The translations under genes and the position numbers were made by a program. From Azolla caroliniana (lineage: Eukaryota; Plantae; Polypodiophyta), in assembly GCA_043228905.1 (NCBI GenBank), contig JBHGNT010000013.1, positions 8,990,001-9,054,000 on the forward strand: a stretch of DNA of 64,000 nucleotides, written 5' to 3'. The first letter of the stretch is position 1; the number at the start of each line of letters is the position of its first letter. Below the pieces are notes generated by a model. It did not search any database. It was not told the DNA's origin and saw only the letters and a list, made by a program, of their open reading frames with translations. Below are positions 36,701 to 48,576 of the stretch, in pieces.

Positions 36701-39590
36701 TGTGTTCGCGTGGTCGTACGAAGACATGCGAGGGCTGGACCCCCAGCTCTATCAGCACCAAATTCACCTAAGTACGGACGCGAAACCGATTGCTCAACGC
36801 AGGTACCGGATGAATCCGAATTATGCGGCGAAGGTGAAGGAGGAAATTGATAAGCTCCTCCGGGTCGGATTTATCCGACTGGTCAAGCAGGCAACCTGGC
36901 TAAGTCCGATAGTGGTGGTCCCGAAAAAGAACGGCAAAATCCAGGTATGCGTGGACTACCGAAAACTAAATGCCGCAACAGTGACCGATGCGTTTCCACT
37001 ACCATTTACGGACGGGGTGTTAGATGTGGTAGCCGGCCACGAAGTTTACAGCTTCCTGGATGGATTTAGCGGTTACAACCAAATACGAATGAACCCGGCC
37101 GACCAGGAGAAGACAGCGTTCGTGACGGAATGGGGAGTGTTCGTCGTGGTTGTGATGATGTTCGGACTAAAGACGGCTCCAGCGACCTTTCAAAGGATAA
37201 TAATGGAAATTTTCGGGGAATATATCCCTGGTTTTATGCAGGTCTTCCTTGACGATTTCGCGGTCTACAGCCGGCACGGAGAGCATCTCGATCACCTCCG
37301 GCTGTGCTTGGAGAAGTGCCGCGAGTACCGATTGAGCCTGAACCCGGCCAAGTGCGTCTTTGGAGTGGCAAGCGGCAACTTACTAGGGCACGTGGTGAGT
37401 AAGGAAGGAATCACGGTAGATCTGGATAAAGTCAAGGCGATTCTCGAGGCACCAGCACCAAATAACGCAGAGGCTTTAAGCCGGTTCCTGGGCCAAATAA
37501 GGTGGCATAGCTGGATGATACGGCACCTCGCAGACTTCGCTACACCGTTACATACCGTCGTACATAGGGTACCCTTCCTATGGACGGAGACGGAGGAGGA
37601 AGCCTACCAAGCGTTGAAGGTTATGCTGTCGCAAGCTCCGGTGGTGCAACCGCCGGATTGGAGTAAAAGCTTTCACGTCTTCGTCGACGCGTTGGACGTA
37701 GCAATCGGCAGCGTTCTGATGCAACTCACGGAGCCGAAATGGTACCGACCGGTGTACTACGTAAGCCGGAAACTCTCAAAAGCCGAACAGAATTACTCTA
37801 CGACGGAACGCGAGGCATTGGGAATGGTGTATAGTGTCACAAAGTACAGGCACTATCTGCTCGGAAGGAAGTTTTCCTTCCATGTCGACCATTCCGCACT
37901 ACTCTACCTGGTCTCGAAGGCATCCCTGACGGGAAAAATTGCACGATGGACACTGCTGTTACAGGAATTTGAATTCGACATTTTCCACCGACCCGGGGCG
38001 CAGCATGCGGTAGCGGACTACCTAAGCAGACTCGAATCCGGAGAAGCAGGGGATGGTGTCCAGGATGAGTTCCCCGACGCCGAGTTGTTCCAGATCACGA
38101 CGAAACCGGCAACGGATGCAACGGTAGCCGATGAAGACATGTGGCTAACTGAGATGCATCAGTTCCTGAGCACCGGAGTTCCCCCGGAGAACATGGACCG
38201 CGATGAAAGGAAAAGGGTAGCAGTAAGAAGCAGACATTTCTGCTTGGTTGGAGACACCCTCTATCACAAGGGGGCAGATGGCATCTGGAGACGAGCAGTG
38301 CGGAGCAATGAGAAGGATCTAATCCTCAGGGAAGCCCACTGTGGAATTGCCGGCGGGCATTATGCCGGCGACGCAACCGCTCGGAAAATATGGCAGAGCG
38401 GACTGTGGTGGCCCACCACCCTAAAAGATGCCGTGAAGTATAGCAGAGAATGCGATTTGTGTCAACGACTGGGCCAACCCACGGAGCAGGCCCGGATGCC
38501 ACACCACCCGGTCTTGCCTTTGGAACCGTTTCAAAAGTGAGGGCTGGACTTTGTCGGTCCCTTCAAACCACCGGCAATGCGAACCGGAAATCGGTATGTC
38601 ATAGTGGCGACCGACTATTGCACCAAATGGGTAGAAGCAAAGGCCTTACGGGACAACACGGCCGCGTCCACGGCAAAGTTTCTGTACGAGTGCATATGGT
38701 GCCGGTATGGATGCCCGATCGAGCTTATAAGTGACCAAGGAGGACATTTTCTCGGGCAGGTAGTAGAAAGCCTGACGTCATTTTACGCGGTGGTACATAA
38801 AAAGAGTACTCCCTACTACCCTCAAGCCAATGGACTAGCGGAATCAACGAACAAAACTCTGCAGAACATCCTACGAAAAATCGTCAACGAGAACCGGACC
38901 GACTGGGATACGAAATTGCAAAGCACGCTATGGGCGTACCGAACAACGTACAAAACCAGCATCCGGACAACCCCGTTCCGACTAGCATTCGGTTTAGAAG
39001 CGGTCATGCCGGTAGAGTTCCAGATCCCCAGCTTACGGATTCAGGTGAAGGAGCGCTTAAGTGAGAACGAGTCCGAACAAATCCGGCTGGCGACGTTGTT
39101 GGAATTAGAAGAAAACCGAATAGCCAGCTTACTACAACTCGAACTGGAGCAAAGGAGGAGAAAAGCTTTCGTGGACCGACACCGGCGTGGCAACGAAAAG
39201 GAGTTCGAAGTCGGGAAACCGGTGCTACTATTCCAGACACGGATGGGGAACATGCCGGGAAAGTTGCGGTTTCGGTGGACCGGACCATTCTGGATCACCA
39301 AGGAGTACAATGGGTCGTATCAGCTCGGCACGTTGTCTGGAGATGTCATCGGCAAGTGGGCAAATGGGTTTCGGCTAAAGCCGTATAAGGGAAATATGCC
39401 AGCGAACCCGTTCAAGCAAAACCCGGAAATCCGGCAAGATGAGGAACCAACACCGACAGACGCTGCTGAAGATATTCGGACCGAGGAAGAACCGACACCG
39501 ATACTAACAAAGACTATCCCGGAAAACCGACAGAAGGATCCGGTATCCACACGAACCGACCCGAACAAATCGGGGGGGACCAGCAAATGA
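33747..39590 (+). pseudogene. gag-pol (three CCHC-like knuckles, PR, RT, RNase H, INT; no archaeal-type RNase H, no chromodomain)
   Basis: IIDGGSGVN, FLDGFSGYNQI, FLDD, YSTTEREAL, ATDYCTKWVEA, PQANG, RWTGPF, NGFRLKPY. The main ORF pieces share one frame and are separated by stops. Confidence 0.93.
34185..34330 (+). repeat. 36-bp coding tandem repeat (RIPTTPAKEPKE x4) in gag
   Basis: Directly visible in DNA and translation. Confidence 0.9.
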
Positions 39591-40000
39591 CGTGGTCCAA
39601 ACAGAGGAAAAAAAAAAAAAAAAAAGACGTGGGCAAAATCGACGCGAATCATAGTAATGATGGGGAGATCACAAGAGGTGGGAGCGCCACCATGCAACGA
39701 AGAGGCGCCATGCATTAAAGAAGGACGTGCACGTACTTGCTATTTAAAGCATGGAACGTGGGCACTCACACGCGGCAAACAAGAAAGGACATACTAATTA
39801 TGGCGGGAGAGGAACATGCGCGGGAAACAAAAAAGGGCGGCTCGAGGCAAAAGCCACTATATAAGACATAGGCCTGCGAAGGACTCACTTTTTACGAATT
39901 TTCCTACATACAGGCGGAGAAGCACAGAAGAGTGATCCAACGCACAGCGCACACACAGCCCGATCCCGAACAACAGACAGCAGAAGAAGAATTCGAAACA

Positions 40001-42973
40001 ATGGTACTGTCGGAGGAGGCACGCCAATGGATGAGGGAGAACGGGTTAAAAGGATTGTTGCGGATCGCCGACGCTCCACCACACGCAGAACCAGAGCAGG
40101 CGGCAACATCGATCGATTTATCAGAAATCACGGAAGGAGCGGTGCAGGCGCTCACGGGGATAAAATCAGGAGGACTTCAAACAATCGAAAACCCTTCAAG
40201 TGAAATCCTGTTCGAATATTTCGGTGAGTACTCTATCAGCAGCAAGGCGTACCGAACACAGGGCGGAGAGAACCTGTTGTTCAGAGAAGTGGCCCGCGCC
40301 ATGATGGAATACGGATTCATGAATCCCCGTCCTCCGGCCATAGCCAGGTACTGGGCAGCGTTCTTAATAGCAGCGTACGAAGGCTTACAAGTAGACTGGC
40401 TCCATTTCATAACCGAAGGATTGAAGGAGGCCATCAAGAATCTTGTGGAAGGAAAAAAGCCATGGGCCGGGATAGCACAATGGCTAACGGTGTTAGTCCC
40501 ACCGGTGCTCCCCATCACACAAAAGAAAAGAGGTCGGCAGGAGACGACGCCGAAAAAGGTCACAAAGCGCCGACAGATCTTGGAGAAACACACCCCTGGA
40601 TGGACCCAGCAAGAAGCAGAACAGCGGGGGGAAGGACCATCCCGACAGCAACAGGAACCGGCAACAAAGGCAAAACCGGCAGGAAAAGGCAAAGGGAAAT
40701 CGGCCGAGGGGGAACCGGTAGCACGCAAACCAATCAATATAACGCTGCGACGGCCGGAACCGGAACCAGAGGTCTTTATACAAAAGGTCCGTCTGGTAGC
40801 CGCACCGGAGGAGGAAGCTGAAACAGAGGACTCATCCGAACCACTGGTAAGACTCCCAGCAAGACAGGGTCGGGAGAGACGGGCGAAAGGACCGGCTCTA
40901 CCAGTTGACAAAACTCAGCAGAGGGCGCAAGGACCACCTCCAGTAGCCGAGGCGGAAGCAGTACCGGAACCCGTACCGAGGGAAGCAGCACCAACACCGG
41001 TTGTGCCGGACTTCAGAGAACCGGTCATCCCAGAGAAGAAGGATGAACAAGCGCCGGAGCTAGAGAAAAGGCCGGAAAAACAGCCTGAGTTAAGTGAGCG
41101 AGGCCACCCCGACACAGGAAGAACAAAGCCACAATGGCTGAGATGGCTTTCGGAGCAGTTATCGGGAGTAGCGGACCAGTTAGAGAAAGAAGAAACGTGT
41201 AGGCAACAGCTGATGCATACAACTCAGGAGTTGGTCGCGCTCCGAACACAGATCGAGGAAATGCAAGGGGAGCTGTTGCAGGCAAGGGAAGGAATTCAAC
41301 AAGCACAAGTTGTCACTGAGCCGGTCGGGACAACAAGGAAGCAACCAGAACCGGAACCGGAACCGGTAGCCTTGCAAACCGGCCCTGAGACCGAAAAAAT
41401 AATAGAAACCTTACGAGAGGAGTTAAAAGCTCAGGAGGCATTAAGGGAAAGAGAAAGGGAGCAGCGGAAAGCGGTGGAGGACGACAGACGAAAAATGGAA
41501 GAAGGCCTCCGGAAAGGTCGAGCCACTAATGACCGACTGCAAGAACAAAAAGAGAAGCTGCAAAAGGAGAAGGACCGACTGCGTTGACATGCCGAGCAGG
41601 AGATAGAATGACTGCAGGAAAAACTCCGACAACAGAAGGACCGGGACGATCGGTTAAGAGCTCAGGCAAACCGACGCCTGAAGCAGAAGACAGAGGACTT
41701 CGACCGTCTCTACCGATCACAAGCAGGCCGAGTCGGACAACAAGAAACAGGCAGCAGACTACGACCGGCAAATAGAGAAGCTGAAAGAATAGCTCAAAGA
41801 GACCCGATTAGACCTGGCTAAGGCAATGGATGAGGCGGGTAATCCTGAGCCAAATCTAACTTCAGCTAAATGACTTTTGGACATCGAAGCGAGATAGGTA
41901 TCAGTGCCAACAAGGAAGCATTGTCGCCGGAAATAGCCCAAGCGATGGAGAGAAGGAAGGAATTAGAGGCGCTAAGGCGGGAAAAGCTGGATCTGACCAA
42001 GATCAGGAATGAAGAAAAGGAAAAATCGACCTTCACGATCAGCAAACTGCAAAGTACCTATGAAAAGCAGAAAGCGGATTACGAGGCCCAGGCTCAGATA
42101 ATGGCCGACATTATAAAACGGGCAAGGAAGGAAAAGCAAGAAGCTTATGCGCATGCTAAGGCGGGGGTTGACCGGATCAAGCTCATCATGTCAGGATGGA
42201 GTACCCGAGCTCAGGCAAGCATCAACAAAAGTACGGAAAAGCTATGGAAGGAGTGGTCACAACAGGCAGCCGAGCTGCAGACACTCCGAGCGGATGCCGA
42301 GAATCGGAGGAAGACCGGTGACAAGTTCTACAAGATGGATGAAGAAAGTATCATCGCCATTCGGGAAGAATTGTCGGAGGATTTCTACACTTTAGCGGAA
42401 GAACATCTCAAAGAAATCCGAGGGTTGGTAGAGAGGTTGGATGACGGGCAGCTCGCAACTCAGTTGGAGTTGGAGAGATACGAGCAGGACCGGTTACGAC
42501 AGGAAGCTAAGGGAAGAACGATGCCAATCATTATAAGTGAGGGAGAGCGACCAGCTGAAGTTGAACCAACCGACACCGAACAACCCCGACAAGGAATACC
42601 CGAAGAAGAACTTCCGTTCGAAGGAGAAGAAGAAGAGCAGGAGCAGACCGATGTCGGAGAAGAAGAAGAGTTGAGACCGAAAGACACCAGAGCAGAGGAA
42701 GAAGGCGTACCGAGCCAACCAGTCGAGACCGGAGAAAGCGACACTGGTAATAGAACAGAGCCTGGAACAGAGGGAGAACAGGAAGAACCCGGACGAAGCG
42801 GTGAGGAAGCACCGGCACAACAGAATCAAGCAAAGCCGGAGTAGCAAATTTTTATGGAACAGCCCACCCAACCGGAGGTCGGAGACCAGGCAGGCAAGGA
42901 ACAGGAACAGGAGGAAGAAGCACCACTTGACACCATCGAGCAGAGTGTGCTCGATATTTTGGAGGAAGAATGA
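40001..42973 (+). pseudogene. Extra ORF downstream of pol (~990 aa: globular N-domain, Pro/Glu linker, long coiled coil, acidic tail)
   Basis: ORF pieces 39932-41587 and 41870-42844 share one frame; TATATAAG at ~39857; N-domain homologous to 62283-62860. Confidence 0.8.
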
Positions 42974-42981
42974 GGCCGGGA

Positions 42982-43023
42982 GTGGATTCGAAGTGCAAGG
43001 CACTTTCCCACGGGCGTGCCATG
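42982..43023 (+). other. tRNA-Arg 3'-end-like motif (inverted PBS) in the PPT position
   Basis: GTGGATTCG-AAGTGC-AAG-GCACTT-TCCCAC-GGGCGTG-CCA-TG|TGTTGG. The minus strand reads AACA-CA-TGGCACGCCCGTGGGA. Confidence 0.8.
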
Positions 43024-43518
43024 TGTTGGCCGGTCAGAAGAGCAAGGACAAGTGGGAAGGCGGAGTCGGATCAGATAATAGGAAGTAAATAATAGTAGAA
43101 TTATTATTCGGAGGGACGGATCCGGTACAGTTGTACCGATCCGGATCCAGACCGATTCGGATGTCGGTTGCCTAAGCACACCGATTGTAACCTTGCCGGA
43201 TGCCTATAAAAGGATCCGATGATTTGTAAAGGGTTTGACGGAAGTAATACAATAGTAATTATTGCGTGTTTATCTGTATCTTCGTATTGTTTACCGTCTG
43301 TGCTTAATTGTAATCATCTTCGGATCCTTTTATAGGCATCCGGCAAGGTTACAATCGGTGCGCTTAGGCAACCGACATCCGAATCGGTCCGGATCCGGAT
43401 CGGTACAACTGTACCGGATCCGTCCCTCCGAATAATAATTCTACTATTATTTACTTCCTATTATCCTATCCGACTCCGCCTTCCCACTTGTCCTTGCTCT
43501 TCTGACCGGCCAACACAT

Positions 43519-46030
43519 AAGTGGACACAAAGTCACATGCCGGAGCGCAGTACTTCATGACGTTCATAGATGACCACAACCAGAAGCTATGGGCCACACC
43601 GCTGGAGACGAAGGATCAGGTGTTATTCGTCTTCAAGGAGCTCCACGCAAGAGTGGAAAGAGAAACCGGCAGGAAGCTGAACGCGGTTCGAGCAGATAAC
43701 GGAGGAGAATACCGGAGGCAGTTTGAGGAGTACTGCCGCTCGAAGGGAATCCGGCTCGAATTTGCCGTGCCGAAGACGCCGGAACTAAACAAGCTGGCCG
43801 AGAGGATGAACCGGACCATAATGGAGAGGTTCTGGAGTATGTTGGCACATGCAAGGTTACCCAAGATGTTTTGGGCTGAGGCACTGGCAACGACGACGTA
43901 CGTGATAAATTGATCACCCTCAGCGCCCTTGGATGGAGACATGCCGCAGAGAGTGTGGAACAGTAAGGAAGTGTCTCACTTACGTGCATGTTGCAAAGGA
44001 CCGGAGAGCTAAGTTGGATCTAAAATCTCAGGCTTGCATATTCCTCGGATACGGCGATGATGAGTTCGGCTACCAAGTGTGGGATCCGGTCAACAAGAAG
44101 GTTTACCGGAGTCAAGATATTATCTTCATGGAGGACAAGACCCTTGCCGACTGGGAGTCGAAGAACAAGATAATGAACTCCGAGTCGACCGGTAAGGATT
44201 TGTTCGATGAGATTCGGACCTATCCGGCTAAGAGCCGGTTGACACTCGAAGAACCGGCCGGTTACGGTGAGGATACCGAACCGGCAGAAGAAGAAGAAGA
44301 GGAAGCTGAAATCAGAGGCGGCCAAGACCCCGAATCAGATTCGGATGAAGAACAAGGAGAGGAGCCGGTTGCCGAAAACCAAAGATGGAGAAATCCTCTC
44401 AGAGAAAGAAGAGCCCCCCAGAGATTTCCGGATGCAGAGTGCATGTTGCTAACCGATGAGGGGGAGCCAAAAGATTTGAAGAAGCAAAGGAGGACACCCA
44501 CAGCCGCAAGTGGTTGAGTGCCATGCAGGACGAGATGGATTCCCTGCATGAGAACCACACGTATGAATTGGTGGAGTTGCCGAAAGGAAAGCGGGCACTC
44601 CAGATAAGTGGATGTACAAGTTGAAACCGGGAGATGCCGGAAACCCCCCAAGGTACAAAGCCAGGATCATGGTAAAGGGGTTCTAGCAGAAGAAGGGAGT
44701 GGTCTTCGACGAGATATTTACCCCGGTAGTAAAGATGACTTCCATCCGGACGGTGCTGAGCATAGCGGTGAGCGTGGACCTCGAGGTAGAGTAGTTTGAC
44801 GTGAAGACGACGTTCCTCCACAGCGACCTCGAAGAGGAGATCTACATGCAACAACAAGAGGGATTTGTGAAGAAAGGGAAGGAGCACCTAGTTTGCTGGT
44901 TGAAGAAGAGCATCTACGGTTTGAAGCAGGTTCCCCGGCAATGGTACCGGAAGTTTGACTCCTTCATGACGGATCAAGGATACCACAAGACACAGGACGA
45001 TCATTGTGTGTTTGTGAAGAAGTTTGAAGGTAGAGACTTCCTAATACTCCTCCTGTATGTGGACCACATGTTGATCATCGGACGAGACCAAGTCAAGATA
45101 CGGACGTTGAAGAAGGCTCTGAACCGGACCTTCTCAATGAAAGATTTGGGTTCGGCAAGACAGATACTGGGGATGCATATCATCCGGGACTGGTCAAAGA
45201 AGCAATTGTGGCTATCACATGAGAAGTATGTGACAAAGGTACTTCAGCGGTTGAACATGTCAGATGAGAAACCGGTCGGATCGATACTCTTGGCAAACTG
45301 CAGGTTATCCGGTAAGCAAATTCCGAAGACAAAGGCAGAGAAGGCGGATATGACGAAAATACCATATGCCTCTGCCATCAGGAGCTTAATGTACGCAATG
45401 GTGTGTACCCGACCGGATATCGGATACGCAGTCGGAGTGGTGAGCCGGTTTATGAGCAATCCCGGCAAGGAGCACTGGAATGCGGTAAAATGGATACTCT
45501 GATACTTGGAAGGCACCTCAAGTATGTGTCTCCGATTCGGCTCCGGTAAACCCCAACTTGATGGTTTCACTGATTCGGATATGTCGGCAGATGTGGATAC
45601 CAACTGGTCAACATCGGGATATGTTATGACATATGCAGGGGGAGCTGTTTCGTGGCAGTTGAGGCTGCAGACGACGGTTGCGTTGTCTACCACAGAAGCG
45701 GAGTACATGGCAACCGTGGAAGTAGGCAAGGAAATATTATGGATGAAGGACTTCATCGGAGAGCTAGAGCACTGGCAAGAGGAATACCAGCTCTATTGCG
45801 ATAGTCAAAGTGTCATCCACCTTGCGAAGAACGCGGCATATCATTCCAGGACAAAGCACATCCAGCGGGGGTACCACTACATCCGGGAGCGAGTGGAAGA
45901 TCGAGAGTCTATGCTGACGAAGATCCACACAGAGGAGAATGGGTCAGATATGCTGACCAAGGTGTTGACGCCTGACAAGCTAGACACATGTCGGAAGTGA
46001 AATGGACTAACCAGACATCCCATGCCGTAG
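43519..46030 (+). pseudogene. copia-3 integrase (copy 2), RT and RNase H
   Basis: RADNGGEY, LKKSIYGLKQ, LYVDHML, FTDSDMSAD, HSRTKHI. Confidence 0.92.
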
Positions 46031-46662
46031 TGAAGGGGGAGTTTGTGAGGATTTCGGTCCCTCCGGATGGGATATGAGTATCTGGCAAGGAAGACCTGAT
46101 GAGAACTGGATGGTAAAGGCACGGTGAGAACCGGATGATGAAGGCCCGGTGAGAACTGGATGTTGCAGGCCTGGTGAGAACCTCTCACCGGATGAAGGGA
46201 CATATATGTAAATATGTTCTAGAGAGCCCATTGGGGCTATATTTGTAAATAGCCCAAAAGTCATATTAGTATAAATGTGACCTTAGTAGGGCAAACAATG
46301 TTGTTGTTATTATTTTGTATAGAGTTATTGGTGTAACTGCTGTACAGAGCGTAGTAGAGGAAGAGAGAGAGAGAGAGAGAGAGAGAGTGAGTCTCTATTG
46401 TAACCACCTCCAGGCGAAGATTGAGAGCAAGAGGTTGTGAGCTCTGTGTTCATTTGTGGTATTCCTCTCTACATAGTGATAGTTGGAGTTTGTGAACTCC
46501 CATGGTTTTTCCCGTTTAGGGTTTTCCAGGTTAACATCCTGTGCATTCTCTTCTGTGTGTGTACTTACTTCCATTTCTTATCTTTCTGTGTTTGATTATC
46601 ATTGAAGTGATCTAAGTCTCGGTTGTGGCCGAAGATTATTCCGCATAGTTCCTGTCATCTGA

Positions 46663-48170
46663 GACAACTTTAGATTCAAAATTTCTTTAGCATAGGTTCA
46701 GATGATTTTGCACAAGATATTTTAGACCACATTGTTCCAGATCGTGCTTCTTGTTCACGCTCCAAGTTTTCCCGCATGGACTATGGGAACTTTAGCTGGT
46801 ATGATGGGTTGCTATTTCGGAACAACTGTACTTATATTCCCAATGGACCTTCTCGACTCGAAGTCTTGCACCACTGCCATGATTCACCATTAGCTGGACA
46901 TTTCGGAGTTTTGAAAACATTGGAGCTAGTTACCCGGAATTAATTGTGGCCTCAAGTTCGTCAATTTGTCATAGACTATGTTTCTACTTGTGAGGTATGA
47001 TGTTGATCAAAGCTGCCTCGACATCGGCCATATGGTTTGTTGCACCCATTGCCTATTCCAGATGGTCCATGGAAATCCATTTCATCACAAATCTCCCAGC
47101 TTCCCAAGATTATGATGCTATTCTTACAGTGGTGGATCGCTTAATGAAAATGGCACACTTTCTTCCATTTAGGAAGACTTTTTCAAGTCAGTAAATGGCA
47201 AATCTTGTTATGCGAGAAGTTTTTAAGCATCATGGCTTTCCAGATGAAATTATTAGTGATCGTGGGCCACAATTTATTGTGAAGTTTTGGACACACTTAC
47301 TTGAGATCCTTAGAATTTCTCGTAAACTATCTTCAAGCTACCATCCTCAAAGCAATGGTCAAACAAAACGCACGATCAAACATTACAACAATATCTCCGT
47401 TGCTTTATCAATTATCAACAAGATGATTGGGTGGATTTCTTACATATGGCAGAATTTGCTTACAATAATTTAATCCATTCTTCTACGGGATTCACTCCAT
47501 TCTTTGCAAAAACCGGATATCATCCTCGTTGGATGATGCTCGAATATCCAAAAATCTCAAACAATCCCGCTGCCAAAGATCGTTTAGAACAACTCAAAGA
47601 ACTTCAAGCCAACATTTCCGATAATTTGCTTCATGCTCAAGCTAAGTACAAGAAGGTGGCAGATAAGCATCACTCAGATTCTACACTTGAGGACCCTAAG
47701 TTTAAAGTTGGTGATCAAGTGTGGTTATTACGACATACTATGAAAACTACTAAGCCATGTGACAAATTGGATTTCGAACGTCTAGGTTCATTTGTAATCT
47801 CTCATCAAGTCAACGAGGTTGCATTTCGTCTAGACTTGCCTTCACATATGCGTATTCATCCAGTGTTTCATGTTTCACTATTAGAACCATGGACATCAAG
47901 TTCTATCCCAAATCGGGTTGTTATACCACCACCTCCACTTCAACTTGCAGAAGGACCAGAATATGAAATAGAACCTACTTTGGACTCCAAGGTCATACAC
48001 AATAACTTATATTATTTGGTAGATTGGCTTGGATACACGCCTGAGGATCGAACATGGGAGCCCGTAGCAAATGTCACTAATGCCTTTCAACTTATATAGG
48101 ATTTTCATTGTCCTTATCCCCATAAACCAAAACCTAGTTCATGCATTGCAACTCATGGAACTCGTCGTCA
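46663..48170 (+). pseudogene. Chromovirus integrase with chromodomain
   Basis: HDSPLAGHFG, ISDRGPQF, YHPQSNGQT, IHPVFHVSLLEP, EYEIE..YYLVDWLGY.PEDRTWEP. Confidence 0.93.
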
Positions 48171-48576
48171 AAGGAGGGGATGATGTCACAAAATGTCAAT
48201 ATCAAGATTTGAACTTGTCACCTAACCTATACACCAACTAACTTTAATTAACAAATATATTTTCATATTATTATTATTCAAGTATTATGGGCACAAAACA
48301 CAATACATAATCGCCAAATGGAAGGCATGGATGTACGCCAACTGGCACACAACATGTATGCCAAATGGCGATCATGCACAATCCTACGTACACTATATAA
48401 GTGGAAGATCTGCTTAGTGTTGAACCATTCCGGTTCAACACCAATCTTCAACAACCTTGTAATGTTGGTTTCCCGCAATAGAAATTCTTGTCTTCTTTTC
48501 TTGTAAGTTTCTTCTCGTTTGTTATTATCTTCTTTTCTTCCAAATCAACATCATCTTCGAAGCTTGGGTTGTGACA

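Larger units (their letters stand above)
33305..43518 (+). mobile_element. Athila-like Ty3/gypsy with extra ORF, no PPT and a rearranged 3' end
   Basis: 5' LTR 33305-33694; PBS TGGCGACCAC at 33701 (tRNA-Arg-like); truncated 3' LTR 43024-43320 followed by an inverted LTR piece 43321-43518; no TSD. Confidence 0.92.
22620..46657 (+). mobile_element. Ty1/copia element (Tnt1/Tork-like, copia-3) hosting two gypsy insertions and a tandem duplication
   Basis: LTRs 22620-23207 and 46044-46657; PBS TGGTATCAGAGC 23211-23222; PPT GAAGGGGGAG 46032-46041; TSD TTTGA/TCTGA. Confidence 0.93.
9385..48576 (+). mobile_element. Ty3/gypsy chromovirus (Tcn1-like), fragmented by nested insertions
   Basis: 5' LTR 9385-9782 (first ~16 bp lost) and 3' LTR 48184-48576 (TGTCAC...GTGACA); PPT AAGGAGGGGGA ~48170-48180. 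The host RT reads across the insertion (AKC|VTNGPLLGH). Confidence 0.9.

Noticed and set aside
42982-43021. Genuine tRNA gene or tRNA-derived SINE
   Set aside because: No A-box, D arm, anticodon arm or 5' acceptor strand upstream; no poly-T or A tail; the CCA is encoded.
33695-43179. Long antisense ORFs (e.g. 33695-34333, 35798-36481, 40177-40911)
   Set aside because: They are shadows of the purine-rich sense ORFs, with no independent motifs.
33305-43518. DIRS-type or TIR element suggested by the inverted termini
   Set aside because: It encodes a DDE integrase and protease, has no tyrosine recombinase, and has a direct 3' LTR at 43024. The inversion is a secondary rearrangement.
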